A stretch of DNA of 64,000 bases from Hypanus sabinus (GCF_030144855.1 NC_082721.1:62062001-62126000); one strand, 5' to 3'. Counted from the stretch's first letter, positions 11,736 through 25,656 are shown. The notes: generated by a model from the sequence alone, not told the origin. Made by a program: numbers and translations.

Positions 11736-12419
11736 GGTATAGGTTCTGAATGGGGAGATTACAAAGACAGGGAGGGTGTAAGGGCCAGAAGATGTCACAA
11801 ATACAGGAGGGGTTTTGGGGATTGAGGAGGTTACAGCAATAAGGATTAGTGTTCAGTTGGGAGGGGTTTACAGACACAGGGGGTAGAGTAGGGGCTGGAG
11901 CAAATTACAGAGACAGGGAGAGACCAGCTGGACACTTGGGACACCACTCAATAAAGCATGGTTCTAAACAGAAATATAGCCAATGAACCCAGCTTCAAGC
12001 ATTGACCTTTCAATCACCTGTGTTGAAAAAAAGCTTTGAACTTGTGTACTGATGAAAATCTTCATCCCACTTATAGTCAGATATCAGGCAAACTGCAGAC
12101 GGAATGGATTGCAGTGCTTTGCTACATGCACAGAACGTGCAAAGCAGGAAATGCTGACTACAGACATTTGAACAAGCACAAAAACCAGAAATGGAAAATA
12201 GAAACCAGACTGATGATTGATTCAAAAGAGAAATTGGATTGAAATCAGCGAGAGGATCCGCCTTCACATTGCAAATAACTATTGTGTTACTTATCCAGAA
12301 TCCTATTTATTATCAGGTTTAATATCACCGGCTTATGTCGTGAAATTTGTTGTCTTTGCAGAAGCAGTACAATGCAACATGTAATAATAGAGAGGAAAAT
12401 GTGTATTACTGCAACTACG

Positions 12420-13315
12420 TATACCCTCAGACCCGCTTATTGGAAAGGATATAAATCAGCGCTATATGGGGTCATTATAACATTACATAAATGGACGTGT
12501 GCCTGAAAAAAAATCAAACCAGAGATATATGATGTATTATTTTATGTATACACAGCAGTTGTGGAGTAACAATCACACAAATAGGCCTAACCTGTACAGC
12601 AGGGGGAAGCGGGTGGTGTGTCCCCCTCTAACTGTGGCTTCTTGAACTAGGCATTGAGATTTGCCTGCCTTTTCTTAGGTTTCCTCTCATGAAGCCGTTC
12701 TCAGCAGCAGGAGATCATGTTGAGAACACCCCTCTTTGCCTCATTGCTTCGCTCCCAGCCGGAGTCGTTATCGATGAACTGTGTGATCGTGGTGATGCTG
12801 GTGCTGAGGTTTCTTGCTGGTGTTTCCTTTTCTCCACCCGTGTCCTCAGGTTCATCCGGGATGCGTTGCTCTAACAATTCTCGAAGCTCTTTGGTATTAG
12901 GGCTCTTACAATGAGAATGTAGTAACTCTTCAATGTCGCCATCATTAATGTCCTCACACTGTTGAACCTGCAGTTTCACAACCATGCTAATGCTTTTCCT
13001 AGACATCTTAGATGTACTCCCCTCACTGGAAGTTGCAGGCCATTACAGATGAAAAAAAATGGAATGAACCGGCGACGGAGCAAGAACATTTGTACACGCG
13101 GGGCAGATAGAGCGTGAACTAATATGCAATTGGCTCAGAGTGTAGGTAAAGCACTCTCATTGGCTGATTGAAAGTTTACTGCAATGGCAACCACTCTTGA
13201 GAAGTTTTAAATGTTGTTTAGAATGAATTTTTGTTATTCAAATAAATTTCAATAAGACTTATATAACCACGTTGTAACGAATCAGCGCAATGCAGGGTAG
13301 CAATATGCGTGTATA
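12420..13315 (-). mobile_element. Tigger/pogo-like DNA transposon remnant with transposase C-terminal fragment
   Basis: ORF 12701-13006 EDINDGDIEELLHSH...ELRELLEQR...DNDSGWERSNEAKRGVLNMISC resembles the acidic C-terminus of Tigger/TIGD transposases. Ends are poorly defined. Confidence 0.6.
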
Positions 13316-13319
13316 TTAA

Positions 13320-14080
13320 ATAAATAGCACAGAAACTGTTGTGAGGTAGTGTTCGTGGGTTTAAATGTCCATTCAGAAATTGGAATACAGAGGGGAAGAT
13401 GCTGTTCTTCAATCACTGAATGTGATCCTTCAGGCTTCTGTACCTCCTTCCTGATGGTAGCAATGAGAACAAGGCATGTCCTGGGCAATGGGGGTCCAAA
13501 ATGAAGGGTGCTGCCCTTTTGAGGCATTGCTCCTTGAAGATGTCCAGGACACTACGGAGGCTAGCCCATGATGGAGCTGACTAAGTTTACAACTCTCTAC
13601 AGCTTACTTCGATCCTGTGTGGTAGCTCCCACCCTACCCTCCATACCAGACAGTGATGCAGCTAGTCAGAATGTTCGTCATCGTACATCTGTAGAAATTT
13701 GCGAGTGTCTTTGATGACATAACAAATCTCCTCAAGCTGCTAGTGAAATATAGCCACCTTCATGCCTTCTTTGTAATTGCATCAATACGTTGCATCTGGG
13801 ATAGATCCTCAGAAATAGTGACACTGTTTGAGGAATCAGAAGTTGGTTATTCTTTCCACTTCTGATTCCTCAATGAGGAGATGTGTTTCCTCATCTTACC
13901 CTTTCTGAAGTCCACAGTCAGTTCTTTGGTCTTACTGAAGTTGAGTCTAAGGTCGTTGCTGCGACACCTCTCAACCAGCTGGTATGTCTTGCTCCTATAC
14001 ACCTTCTCGTCACCATTTGAAATTCTGTCATCAATAGTTATATCATCAGCAAATTTATAGATGTGATTTGAGTTGTGCCT
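13320..14080 (-). mobile_element. Rex1/Babar LINE 3' fragment
   Basis: On the reverse strand: tctataaatttgctgatgat (YKFADD), gactaaagaactgactgtggacttcagaaag (TKELxVDFRK), and the 3' UTR shared with other copies. Confidence 0.85.
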
Positions 14081-14194
14081 AAATTAAATACTTAAATACT
14101 TAAATGGTTGTTTTGCAGCAATAGCAGAGTGCAAAGACAGAATACTACTATAAATTCAGTAAATACACAGCGTGAAAATAATGAGGCTGTGTTC

Positions 14195-14595
14195 ATGAAC
14201 CATTCAGAAACCTAACAGCAGAGAGGAATAAGCAGTTTCCGAATCATATAGCTTGGGTTCTTTGGTTCCTCTATCCCCTCCCCAGCTGTAGTACCAAGAA
14301 GAGGATATGTGTCAGATAGTGAGGGTCCAGAATGACGGATGCCACCTTCTTTAGACACCTCTCTCGAATCTGTCCTCAAAAGACTTGCACCTGTGGTAGA
14401 GCTTGCAGAGTCTACAGCCCTCCACAGCTCCTCGTGATCCATCGTACATCTACAGAGACTGATCAGTCTTTGCTGACACACAATCTCCTGAACTGCTATC
14501 AAAGCAAAGACACTTGCATCCTCCTTTCTAACTGTATCTCGAATGTTGACACCCAGGAACGTGAAATTGCTCACCAATAATGACATTCTCCACAA
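14195..14595 (-). mobile_element. Degraded Rex1/Babar fragment
   Basis: VSNFTFLGVNI and RAVDSASSTTGASL motifs in ORF 14212-14595. Confidence 0.65.
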
Positions 14596-15324
14596 GAAAG
14601 CAACAGATTTCTTCTATCCTCTTGCAACATGCATTGCAAAGTGAGGAAATCCAAGTTTATTCTTAATTCTGTTCACAACACTTTGCCCAAAGGCATTGTG
14701 TCATGTGAGGTGATCTTGGTTTCAGCAAATCTTTAATTATGCTAAGTAAATTGATAAATTATTATTGTCACATGTTCCATGATGTAAAACCTATCCATAA
14801 AGACAATTTCATCACGTTAGTGCATTAAGTTAGTACTAGGGAAAGCAATAATGGAGTGCAGATAGGTTGTTAAGAGTTACAGAGGAAGTGCAGTGCGGGT
14901 GGACAATAAGGCCATACATGGCTATAAGAAGATCCAAGGCCATAAGCCACACAAAGACAAGGTAGATTGATGGGATGAAGAATCCATTTTATCGTACTAG
15001 GGAACCATTCCATATTCTTAATAGCAGGATAGAAGCTGTTCTTGAACGTAGTGGTATATGGTATGTGCCTTCTGCCCAATGGGAGGGATGGGAGGAGGAG
15101 AGAAGAGAGTGTACACGTCCTAACATTGTGAAAGTAACTTTTAAATGGAGTGGAGAGGTTGTCCTTTCACAAAGGCAAAGACACAGAAATGCCTCCATTT
15201 CCTTCCTCCATTGGCAACCACAATCGAAGGTTTTACCAGCCATATAAGTCAAAGTGAATTTGTTATCGAAGTATGTATATGTTATCAACTATCAGAAGAA
15301 GGAATCTCATAGGAGAGGAGTGGA

Positions 15325-16130
15325 CCATTCTCATTTTCCTCTCCTATCAAATTCCTTCAGCCCTTTCCCTCTTCCCCTTATCATCTCCCAGCTTCTTACT
15401 TCATCCCCTCCCCTTCACCTGGTTCCACCTATCATCTGCCAGCTTGTACTCCTTCCCCTCCACCCCCACCTTCTTACTCCAGTTGTTGCCCCCTTCCTTT
15501 CCAGGCCTTATGAAGGGTATCGGCCCAAAAGACTGACTGTGTGTTCACCTCCCTCCATCGTTGCTGCCTGACATAGAAACATAGAAACCCTGCAGCACAA
15601 TACAAGCTCTTTGGCCCACAAAGCTGTGCCGAACATGTCCCTACATTAGACATTAATAAGCTTACCCATAGCCCTAGCTCCATGGACCTATCCAAAAGTC
15701 TCTCAAAAGACCCCATTGTATCCGCCTCCATCACCATTGCTGGCAGCCTATTCCACGCACTCACCGTTCTCTGAGTAAAAACCCTGACGTCTCCTCTACA
15801 CCTACTCTCTAGCACCTTAAACCTGTGTCCTCTTGTGGCAACCATTTCAGCCCTGGGAAAAAGCCTCTTACTATCCACACGATCAATGCCTGTCATCATC
15901 TTGTATACCTCTATCAGGTCACCTCTCATCCTCCACTGCTCCAAGGAGAGAAGGCCAAGCTCACTCAACCTGTTCTCATAAGGCATGCTCCCCAATCCAG
16001 GCAACATCCTTGGAAATCTCCTCTGCACCTTTTCTATGGTTTCCACATCCTTCCTGTAGTGAGGCAACCAGAACTGAGCACAAGTGGGGTCTGACCTGAT
16101 GAGTTCTTGCAGTACTTCGCGTGTGCTGCT
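15325..16130 (+). mobile_element. Penelope-type short element (pyrimidine-rich body plus hammerhead-like tail) split by a CR1 insertion
   Basis: ccacctatcatctgccagcttgtactcc...cttatgaagggtatcggcccaaaagactgactg...gctgcctgac resumes after the CR1 as ctgatgagttcttgcagtac at ~16096. Confidence 0.75.
15572..16095 (-). mobile_element. 5'-truncated CR1 LINE
   Basis: ORF 15474-16067 PHYRKDVETIEKVQRRFPRMLPG...FTQRTVSAWNRLP; tail reads (catagaaa)2 on the plus strand. Confidence 0.9.
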
Positions 16131-16825
16131 CTCATTCCCCTATTATTTGGGAGAATGATGGTAAATTAATTATCAAAGTAGTAGCATATGCTATCTTGAG
16201 ATTTATTTTCTTGCAGGCATTTACAGGAAAATGTGCAGAAAATTAACATACATGTGGAGCCAAGGACACGGCTCAGTGAGGCATTGTCAAGACAGTGCAC
16301 AAATGTAGTTCCACTGAGAGTCAGACAGACTGAGCACACTCCATCCAGGTGCTGCCCTGCTCTTGACATTGTAAGATAACACCTGGCACTTGTAGACAAA
16401 GCAGGCCACATCTCTCAGCTGCCGAGGACCCATAACTGGAAGAGTGATGAGGGAAAACAAAACAACGAAAGGCAAAATCCAAACAAAGAGCTTCATTCCA
16501 GACAGAACACCAAAAACATTCCCCCTCAGGATACAACATAAAAAGCACTTCCTTGGTACTAATAAGTAACAAATGGTTCTCAAATATGAGGTTGTGTACA
16601 AGTGACCTCAAATCTTTGATTATTCTGCCTTCTGGAAATTCACGTCTCAAGGCAATTAAACTTGATGCTTCCAGGTCAAATATACAACTGTGTGAAGCAA
16701 AGGAATAGATCGGCTTCTGGACAAGGAAACACACCATAAAATCCAGTGCGTAAGCTATTCCTTGCTTTCATTAACTTGCACTTATAAAAACATTTTCTTG
16801 GGTCTAAAAAATAACACGGAGAATA

Positions 16826-17518
16826 CACTCAGAGGCCATTTCATTAGGAGTGGACCCATGTGGCCTTCTGCTGCTGTAGCCTTTCCACTCCGAGCTTCAA
16901 TGAGTTGTGTGTTCAGAGATGCTCTTCACACCAGTGTTGTAACACGTGGTTGTTGGAGTTACTGTCACCTTCTTATTGACTTGAACCAGTCTGGCAATTC
17001 CCCTCTGAGCTCTGTCATTAAGAGTCCATTTTAGCTCACTGGACAGATTTTGTTTTTTCCACTGTTCTCTCTACGTTCTAGAGACTTGTGTGTGAAAATC
17101 ACAGAACATCAGCAGCTCCTGAGATCACTTTCTGAAGAAACTGAGATGAGTGAGGTTTTCCCGCCCCCTCCCCACCCCACATTCTAACCAGTCTTTACAG
17201 GAGCACCATCAAGAGTGTCCTGACCAGGGGCATCACCTTAACTTGTGTTGGAAATGCACCCTTATTATTTTTGGTAATATTACTTTATGTGTTATGTATG
17301 TCAGTTATATGTACTATGTTGTGCACTTTGGTACCAAGAAACATTGTTTCGTTCGGCGGTATACACGTGTACGGGTGAATGACAATAAACTGAATTTGAA
17401 CTTGAACTGAACCTCTTGACCATGTCTGCATGCTTTTATAAATTGAGTTATTGCTACATGATTGGACGATTAGATATTGCAGGAGTACTGGTGCACCTAA
17501 TAAATTAGCCACTGAGTG
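16826..17518 (-). mobile_element. Internally deleted Tc1 element, same family as 1249-1695, with a nested retroelement tail at ~17130-17410
   Basis: TA-CACTCAGAGGCCATTTCATTAGG at left and CCTAATAAATTAGCCACTGAGTG-TA at right; interior matches the reverse complement of 1280-1560. Confidence 0.85.
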
Positions 17519-17839
17519 TAGAAAAACAAGAAATGCTGGAAATCCAGTGACACACACAAAGTGGTGGAAGAACTCAGCAGGTCAGACAGCATCTATGGGG
17601 AAGAATAAACAGTTGATATCCTTGTATGAGACTCTTCAGCCGAACTGGAAAGGAAGTAGAACATGGTTGGCACGGATCTTCTGGGTGAAGGGCCTGTATA
17701 CATACTGTACTGCATTATAGAATAGTATAGAACAGGAACAGGCCCTTCAGCTCATAACGTATGTTGAGCACGATGCCAAACTTAACTTGCTTGCACGATC
17801 AATAAATCCATGAAAACTACCTATTTTTCTCTCTTTTTT

Positions 17840-18930
17840 ATTTCAAGATTCATTTATTGTCAAAGAATGTATAAATTATATAACCTTGAGATTTGCTTGC
17901 TCACAGATAGCCACAAAGTGAGAAACCCAAAAGAACCCAAGGAAAGAAAAGAGAGAATGAAACAAAAAAATAAAAGACCAACACTCAACGCACAAGAGGA
18001 AGAAAACAAATAAAGTCATGCAAACAATTGAAGCAAACAACAATAGCACACTGTAACACAATTAAGTCCTCAGATCCGAACCCTGGAGTAGACTCAAAGC
18101 CTCGCTTATCAGTTCATCATATTAGCAAAAATGGAGCTCAGCAGCCAGGGCTGTCTTCATAGCCTCAGGACCACGGAGAGAGGAGTGACCATCATGGAGA
18201 GTGAGTGAAACCTGCTTTCATCCCAACCGACGGCCTGTCTTTTCAGTCTATCTGGAATGGCCTTTGAATTGACTCAATGACGGAACAGCAAAAGGTTCCA
18301 CACCATAGAGGGAGGAATGAAGATCACGGACAGCAAGCAAAATCAGCTCTCTTCTCCAATCTGGGCCAACATTTAAATTGTCTTTGCAGCAAATCATACC
18401 TCTCACTGGGACCCAGCTGCTACAAAAGGCTCCAGGCCCAGAACATGACATCTAGCGGCTCACTCTGGTTCTAGATTTCACCGCCCAGCAACTCTCTCTG
18501 TGCCCAGATTTCACCACCCAGCAACCTGCTCCAGGCTCAGAATCTTTTGCCCAGCCGAAGCTGCTCTCTAGCTCTTCAGATCAGCTCAGCACCCACAGCA
18601 ATCTAACCTTGCACCGGGGTCAGTTGAACAAGCATCAGGACATCTCAGACCAGGCCCTGACTTCTCATTTCAATACCCAGAACAATCCAACCTTGCACCC
18701 AGGCCAGCTGTATGGGCATCGGAATTCCATCTGCAACGATTCTGCAACATGAACTCAGCTCGTCCCCTGCACTCACCTCAACTTCGTTCGCCCCTTCACT
18801 GTGTGCAGCAATAATTTAACACAATTTATTGCAGAAAAGGTATTTTTAGCGATATTTTTAGTTGGATTTCTTATCTTTTTGACTACCGAAGCTGTTGCTC
18901 ATGTTCAGTAGTGCCATCTTAACCAGAAGC
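17840..18930 (-). mobile_element. ~1.1-kb non-coding retroelement with Rex1-type 3' tail
   Basis: 3' tail (aaccttgagatttgcttgctcacagatagccaca on plus) shared with 20345-20470, 21200-21375 and 29310-29480; the 5' end reads cttctggttAAGATGGCac on minus. Confidence 0.6.
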
Positions 18931-19244
18931 ACTACTTATTGATCTTTTATATATATTTTCTGTTTATAATTTATATTTTATGTGTTGCATTGTTGTACTC
19001 AGCTGCAAGACATTCACGATTCTGATGTTTTACATTCTCATTCATCCAAGACTTGTGATATGCAAAGAAATACGACAATCCAAAAATGCCGGTCAGCTTT
19101 TTTTTGAATAATGTCAAATTCTGCCAGACCTGATGTTTTCCAGGTGCAAACCCTGGTGTACAAATCCCCCTTATCCAATTTCAGGTTAGATTTATTATCT
19201 GACATACATTGTGAAATTTGTTGTTTTGCAGCAAAGTATCAAAT

Positions 19245-19845
19245 ATCAAAGTATTGAGTACAAGCGTTGGGATGTTATGTTGAAGTTGTATAAAATGTTG
19301 GTGTGAGGCATAATTTGGAGTATTGTGTGCCGTTCTGGTCATCTACCTACAGGAAAGATGTCAAAAAGATTTAAAGAGTACAGAGAAAGCTTACAAGGAT
19401 GTTGCCCAAGTTACAGGGAAAGGTTGAATAGGCTAGGACTTTATTCCCTGGAGCACAGGAGAATGAGGAAAGATTTGATAGAAGTATACAAAATTATGAA
19501 GGGTACAGAGAAGATAAATACAAACAGGCTTTTTCACTGAGGTTGGGTGAGATGAGAGTTAGAGGTCATAGGTTAAGGGTGAAAGGTGAAATATTAAAGG
19601 GGAATATGAGGTGGGACTTCTTCACTTAAGAGGGTGGTGAGAGTGTGGAATGACCTGCCAGCAGAAGTGGTGGAAGTGGGTTCACTTTCAACTGTTAAGA
19701 GAAGTTTGGATAGGTATGTGGATGGGAAGGATATTGAAGGCTATGGTCCAGGTGCAAGTTGATGGAACTAGGAAGAATAATTGCTCAGCATGGGCTAGAT
19801 GGGCCAAAAGGCCTGTTTCTGTGCTGTAGTGCTCTTTGACTCTAT
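19245..19845 (+). mobile_element. CR1 LINE 3' fragment
   Basis: SYRERLNRLGLYSLEHRRMRKDLIEVYKIMKG; 3' UTR gggccaaaaggcctgtttctgtgctgtagtgctct. Confidence 0.85.
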
Positions 19846-20789
19846 GGCAACAATACTATGCAATACATCAAAATTACCACTAGGAGTTACAAAAATATAT
19901 TAAAATAGTGCAAAAGAATCAAATAGAGTAATTTGAAATTGATAACTGACCGTCAACCTGCACTATGGAGAAATAGACTTTTTCCCAAAGCCACTTCTCC
20001 CAACCCTTCCTTCTTCTCATTCCTGAGTGGGAAGGGGGAGAGAAATGGCAGACAGCAGAAACAGCAATAGAAACAATTTTTAAAAAACATGAACCTAATC
20101 CTTGCCAGAATTTATAACCCAATTCCCTACTGTTCTGTGTTAGAAGGGGCAAGAGTTTAGAAAGCAGTGCCAAATCTGAACACAAACCCAAAACAGACTA
20201 AAGGGGAAACAATATGCCTTTGACAGAACAAATGGGCTTCCAAGCTGGGATTTAAGGAATTAAGCAAAAGTAGTGATGGCATCTAAGTGTAGCACTTCAT
20301 ACGTATTCACAGGCTCAGTTAATGTGGAGACCTGAGACTTGAAATATTCAAAGTACATTTATTATCAAAGTATGTATACGTTATACAACCTTGAGGTTCG
20401 TCTCTTTACAGACAGCCACAGAACAAAGACACCCAAAAGAACCCATAAAAAAGACCATCAGACACCCAATGCGCATCATTTTGTTGGAGACACGTGCAAA
20501 ATGCTGGAAGAACTCAGCAGGTCAGGCAGCATCTTCGGAGGGAAATGAGCAATCAATGCTTCTCCCCATGACTGTATGGATTTCCTCCAAGTGCTCCAGT
20601 TTCCTCCCACTTTCCAAAGGCAAGTGGTTTAAGGTTAGTAAGTTGTGGGCATTATATATAATGTTCATGGATTCATTGTCCATTCAGGAATCTTATGGCA
20701 GAGGGGAAGAAGCTGTTTCTAAAATGCCGAGTGTGTGTCTTCAGGCATGTTTATGCTATATTTCAGGGTTATGATGACACTGGTGAAGT

Positions 20790-21380
20790 CCTGTGACTAC
20801 TTACTGGCAGCAAACAAAAGAAAGAATACGGCTAAATACAACGGAATTGGGGCAAAGTCAGGGCAAACAGAAGGAAGGCAGATTCAAGACCCTTCCACTC
20901 AAACCAAGAGCAAGGCCCGAACAATCCAAGCGCCAGGCCGATTTGGAAAGGTTTGTGGCGGCGGGGTCCAACTCCAAAGCATATTGATGTGATGGGCCCC
21001 GGGTCCTAGTGTGAGGAACAACCCACAGTTCAGACGATTTAAATGCCGGGCCAAATGGATCGCAAGGCATGGTGTTGGGACAAGAGGCGAGGATCAGGCT
21101 GGTTCTGCTTGCCCCTCGGCTCTGTGCTGAAATGAGGCTGAGTCTGAGGCCTGTTCCAGCTCCTCTGGGCTTCATGTCTATGGGCTCACTTTTGTTCAGA
21201 ATGCTATGTTTTACTTTTATTGTTTGCACAATTTGTTTCTTTTTCTCCGCACACACATTGGGTGTCTGATGGTCAAAATGGGTTCTTTTGGGTGTCTGCT
21301 TTGTGGTTGTCTGTAAAGAGATGAATCTCAAGGTTGTATAGTGGATATATACTTAGATAATAAATATACTCTGAACATTT
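20790..21380 (+). mobile_element. Non-coding retroelement with Rex1-type tail
   Basis: GC-rich body ending in ...gaatctcaaggttgtata...ataataaatatactctgaac, the tail shared with 17840-18930. Confidence 0.55.
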
Positions 21381-21419
21381 CAATGTTCTGTACATATGAC
21401 AAAGAAAGCCAATGTTTAA

Positions 21420-21965
21420 AAGATCTTGGATGTCAGTATCTCTGAGGATCTAACCTGGACCCAACACATCAATGCAGCTGAAAAGAGGCCATGACAGCAG
21501 CTATATTTCAATAGGAGTTTGAGGAGATTTGGTATGTCACCAAAAATATTCAAAAATTTCTCCAGATGTACCATAGAGAGCATTCTATCTGGCTGCATCA
21601 CCATCTGGTATGGTGGGGGGGGGGGGGGGGGGGGGAGGGTGCTACTGCACAGGATCAAAGCAAGCTGCAGGGAGCAGTAAACTGAGTCAGCTCCATCTTG
21701 GGAACTAGACTCCGTAGTATTCAGAACATCTTCAAGGAGCGGTGACTCAAAAAGGCAGCATCTATCATTAAGGACCCCCATTACCCAGGACGTGCTTTGT
21801 TCTCAATGATACCATCAAGGAGGAGGTACAAGAGCCTGAAGGCACACACTCAACGATTCAGGAACAGCTTTTACCCCTCTGCCATCCGATTTCAGAATGG
21901 ACATTGAACCCGTGAACACTACCACACTCCATTTTTATTTCTGCTTTTGCTCTACTTACTTAACT
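21420..21965 (+). mobile_element. Rex1/Babar LINE 3' fragment containing a G21 run (21615-21635)
   Basis: tgtaccatagagagcattctatctggctgcatcaccatctggtatgg (CTIESILSGCITIWYG); ccatcaaggaggaggtacaagagcctg (PSRRRYKSL). Confidence 0.85.
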
Positions 21966-24902
21966 ATTATCTCTCTCTCTCTATATATATATATTTACAC
22001 ACACACAAAATCTTTTAAAAAGATCTGAATCTTCAAGAGCGTCGATTATCCATTTCCATTCATTGATGCTGCCTGACCAGCTTAGTTCCTCCAGCTAGCT
22101 ACAGCAATGGATTGGGTGTAAAAATCAAACTGTGAGCCAAACACAAAATAAAACGGCCTTACACTGCACCACAACACTGTGCAGACATTTTACACCTATA
22201 GAAACTTAACAATGAATTGGCTGGTCTAAAATATTTCTTAAGTTTAGAGACATGGCACAGTATCAGCCCATCTGACCCAACGAGCCCACGTGGCTCAATT
22301 ACAATCATGTGACCAATTAACCTACTAACCAACTAGACGAATCAGCATGAGGGAAGGAGATGGGAAAACTCAGTGCCACACAACAACCTCCCACTCAATG
22401 TCAGCAAAGCCAAAGAGCTGATTGCTGACTGCAGGAGGAAACCCTCATTAGGGGATTAGAGGATAATCTCACACACCTCAATGCTGAGCTGAATCCATGA
22501 CCTTTAGACCCTCTTTCAAGGACTTCCCAATTCATTTCTCAGAGATATTTATTTACTTTTCTTCATTTATTATTTGCAGAATTTGTTCTCTTTTGCACAT
22601 TGGATGTTTGCCCGTCTTTGTTATGAATAGCTTTTCATAAATTCTATTATATTTCTTTATTTTCCTGTAAATGCCTGCAAGAAAATAAATCTCAAGGTAT
22701 ACGGCAAAGTATTTGTACTTTGATAATAAATTTACTTTGAACCCGTACATCTTTGGAATTTATCTTTATCATATTTATCAAGATGCAACACGGAGTAGGC
22801 CCTTTGAGTCATGCTGCCCAGCGACCCCCAATTTAACCCTAACCATATCACAGGACAATTTACAATGAGCAATTAACCTATCAACCAGTACATCTTTGCA
22901 CTGTGGAAGGAAACCCAAGCGGTCACGGGGCAGGACGTACAAACTCCTTACAGGCAATGGTGGGATGTGGGAGGAAACCAGAGCTTTTGGAGGAAACCCA
23001 TGTGGTCACAGGGAGGACGTACAAGCTGTAATCAGGGAGCAGCTGGTATTGTAGTAGAGTTACGCTAACTACTGTACTGCTGTGCGCTCCCAAGATCCTG
23101 GGTTCATCTGATCTGTGATGCACGATGGCAGTGACAAGCACCTTCCTTCTGGGTGAACTGTTTGTTTGAACATCCTTGCCCTTTAGATGAGAGCCCTGTG
23201 ACCATATACTTCTGATCTTCCTGCTACAAGTCCAGGAACAGACAGCGGTTAGCACCAACACCTGCTGAGCTGCTGAGGTAATATATTAATTTACACACTT
23301 AACTGGTTTAGATATCAAAGCAAAACAAGCAGCTCTGAGGAGGACTGGCAGATTGATTCCCAAGGCTCAGCAGGTCAGTAACCCCCTCTATCGATTCCAT
23401 GGATCAATGTCGGTCATTAAGCACTAGAACTCTCAGGGGCCCCTTTTAACTTAGTATATTAAATGTCCTATTATTGAACCTAACACTTAACATCATAATT
23501 CATCACCGAATGTTAAGGGATGACCAGCTGTTTGGGAATATCTTGCTTTCTCACAAACACACAAAAAGATATTTCAGTAGTCTGGACAAACACATCCAGA
23601 ACAATTAAAAACACAAGGGCACACATAAGAGATTCTGCAGTTGCTGGAAATTCAGAGTAACACATACACAAAATGCTGGAGGAACTCAATAGGTCAGGCA
23701 GCATCTATGGAGAGGAATAAACATTTGGTGTTGAAGGCAGAGACCCTTCATACTGAAGTTAGTGGATTACTTTGCACTAAAATGGACTTTGTTTGATTAA
23801 CTTACATGGAACATAGAACAGTACAGGCCCTTCAGCCCATGATGTTGTACCAACCTTTTATCCTACTCCAAGATCAACCTTCGTCCTGATAAAGGTTCCT
23901 AGCCCATAGTTTCAACTATTTATTCCTCTCTAGATGGGACCTAACCTGCTTGAGTCCTCCTGCATTTTGTAACTGTTTATTAAAAACACAAGGAATTGGG
24001 ACAGGAGATGGCTCCACACGTGTGCAAGCTACTCCAATGTTCAATAAGATTGAAATTAAAGATTAGTTTTATTTGTTACATGTACATCGAAACATATGGT
24101 GAAACACGTCACTTGTAACAACGACCAACACAGCCTGAAGGTGTGCCAGGGACAGCCCCTAACTGCCGCCATGCTTCTGGCAACAACATAGCACAATGAT
24201 CACGTTCTCATCTCCACCTCCCTGCCCGTTCTTCTCAGTCCTCGATTCCACTGTAACACAAATATATACCCACTGATCTTAACCATTAAAATATTTAATG
24301 ACTCCAGTTCTCTGACATAAAGAATCACACAAACTGACAAAACAAAACTGGAGATGCTGGAAGTCCGAAATAAACAGACAAGACATTGGAAATACTCAGC
24401 AGGTCAGACAGGGAGAGAAACAGTGATTCTATTCTGACCCAGTGTCAATACGTCCCAGTATATCACCGTATATCCCTCCTCACCATCAGCAATGTCTACA
24501 GGAGGTGCTGCCTCAAGAAGGAAGAATCTAAAGATCCCGACTGTTTATTATTAATAATAATAACTTTATTGATCCTGAGTGGGAAATTATTGTTTAGGCC
24601 ATGCCGTCATCTCACAGCTACTGTCACGCAGGAAGTATAGGAGCCTATAATCCCACACAACCAGGTTCAAGAACGTTTACCTCCCTTCAATCACTCAGTT
24701 CAGTAATGCTGCACTTGGACTCCCAAATTCCTTGGCAGCTCTGATTTCTGAATTTGCTCTGTTTAGTCTCTTCACCTTTATTCCTTCTACCAAGGTGCAT
24801 GACTATACATTTCTGTATCCTGTATTCATCTGCCACTTCTTTGTCCATCTTCCGTCAGCACACAAATCATTATTTGAAAACACCTTTGAGCTTCTTCCAA
24901 AC

Positions 24903-25329
24903 AGGATAGAACCAGACTATAGCGCACAGTGAGGACTGCCGAGCGCATCGTTGGAGCCTCCCTGCCCTCTATTGTGGACCTGTACTCTTCCAGGTTGAAG
25001 AACAGGGTGGGGAACATCATAAAGGACTCCTTCCATCCTGCGCACGGACTGTTTGAGCTGCTTCCGTCTGGTAGGCGCTTCAGATCCCTCCAGACTAAGA
25101 CTAATAGGCACTGGAGAAGTTTTTTCCCTACTGCAGTCACTTTGCTGAACAGCTAACTGCCGGTTAACTGTCGGCTAACTATTACTTGGATTGCACTACC
25201 TGTATGTATAATCTATATTTTCATTTATATTTATCATTATTATTGTTATGAGCAGAGAGACAACATCTGCCGGAAGTAAATTCCTTGTATGTGCACAGGT
25301 ACTTGGCGATTAAAGTCTGATTCTGATTC
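24903..25329 (+). mobile_element. Young 5'-truncated Rex1/Babar LINE with 16-bp TSD
   Basis: ORF 24929-25156 RTAERIVGASLPSI...HPAHGLFELLPSGRRFRSL...SFFPTAVTLLNS; (ttctga)n tail; TSD tgagcttcttccaaac at 24887-24902 and 25330-25345. Confidence 0.93.
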
Positions 25330-25402
25330 TGAGCTTCTTCCAAACTAAATATATCCTCCTTGCTCAATAATGCTGCCTACACAGTAGCCCAGGTGTAGAA
25401 TT

Positions 25403-25580
25403 ACAAACACAAGAAAATATGCGGATGCTGGAAATCCAAAGCAACACACATACATACAAAATGCAGGAGGAACTCAGCAGGCCTGATGAACGGTCTCAGC
25501 TCGAAACGTTGACTGTTTACTCTTTTCCATAGATGCTGCCTGGCCTGCTGAGTTCCTGCAGCATTTTGTGTGTGTTGCCC
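25403..25580. mobile_element. Penelope-type inverted-repeat element enclosing intact hammerhead core boxes
   Basis: Arms acaaaatgcaggaggaactcagcaggcc and ggcctgctgagttcctgcagcattttgt flank CTGATGA (25483-25489) acggtctcagctc GAAA (25503-25506) cgttgactg. Confidence 0.8.
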
Positions 25581-25656
25581 AGGTATAGTCTTGATTACAA
25601 GGATACCCCCATTTTCTTTTCTGTAAACTATCTCTTTGCAACAAAGGGTAACATTT

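Noticed and set aside
16321-16737. 138-aa minus-strand ORF in unique sequence (similarly 28061-28345, 43299-43493 and 58892-59260)
   Set aside because: No recognisable domain and no convincing splice-site pairs; the lengths are compatible with chance.
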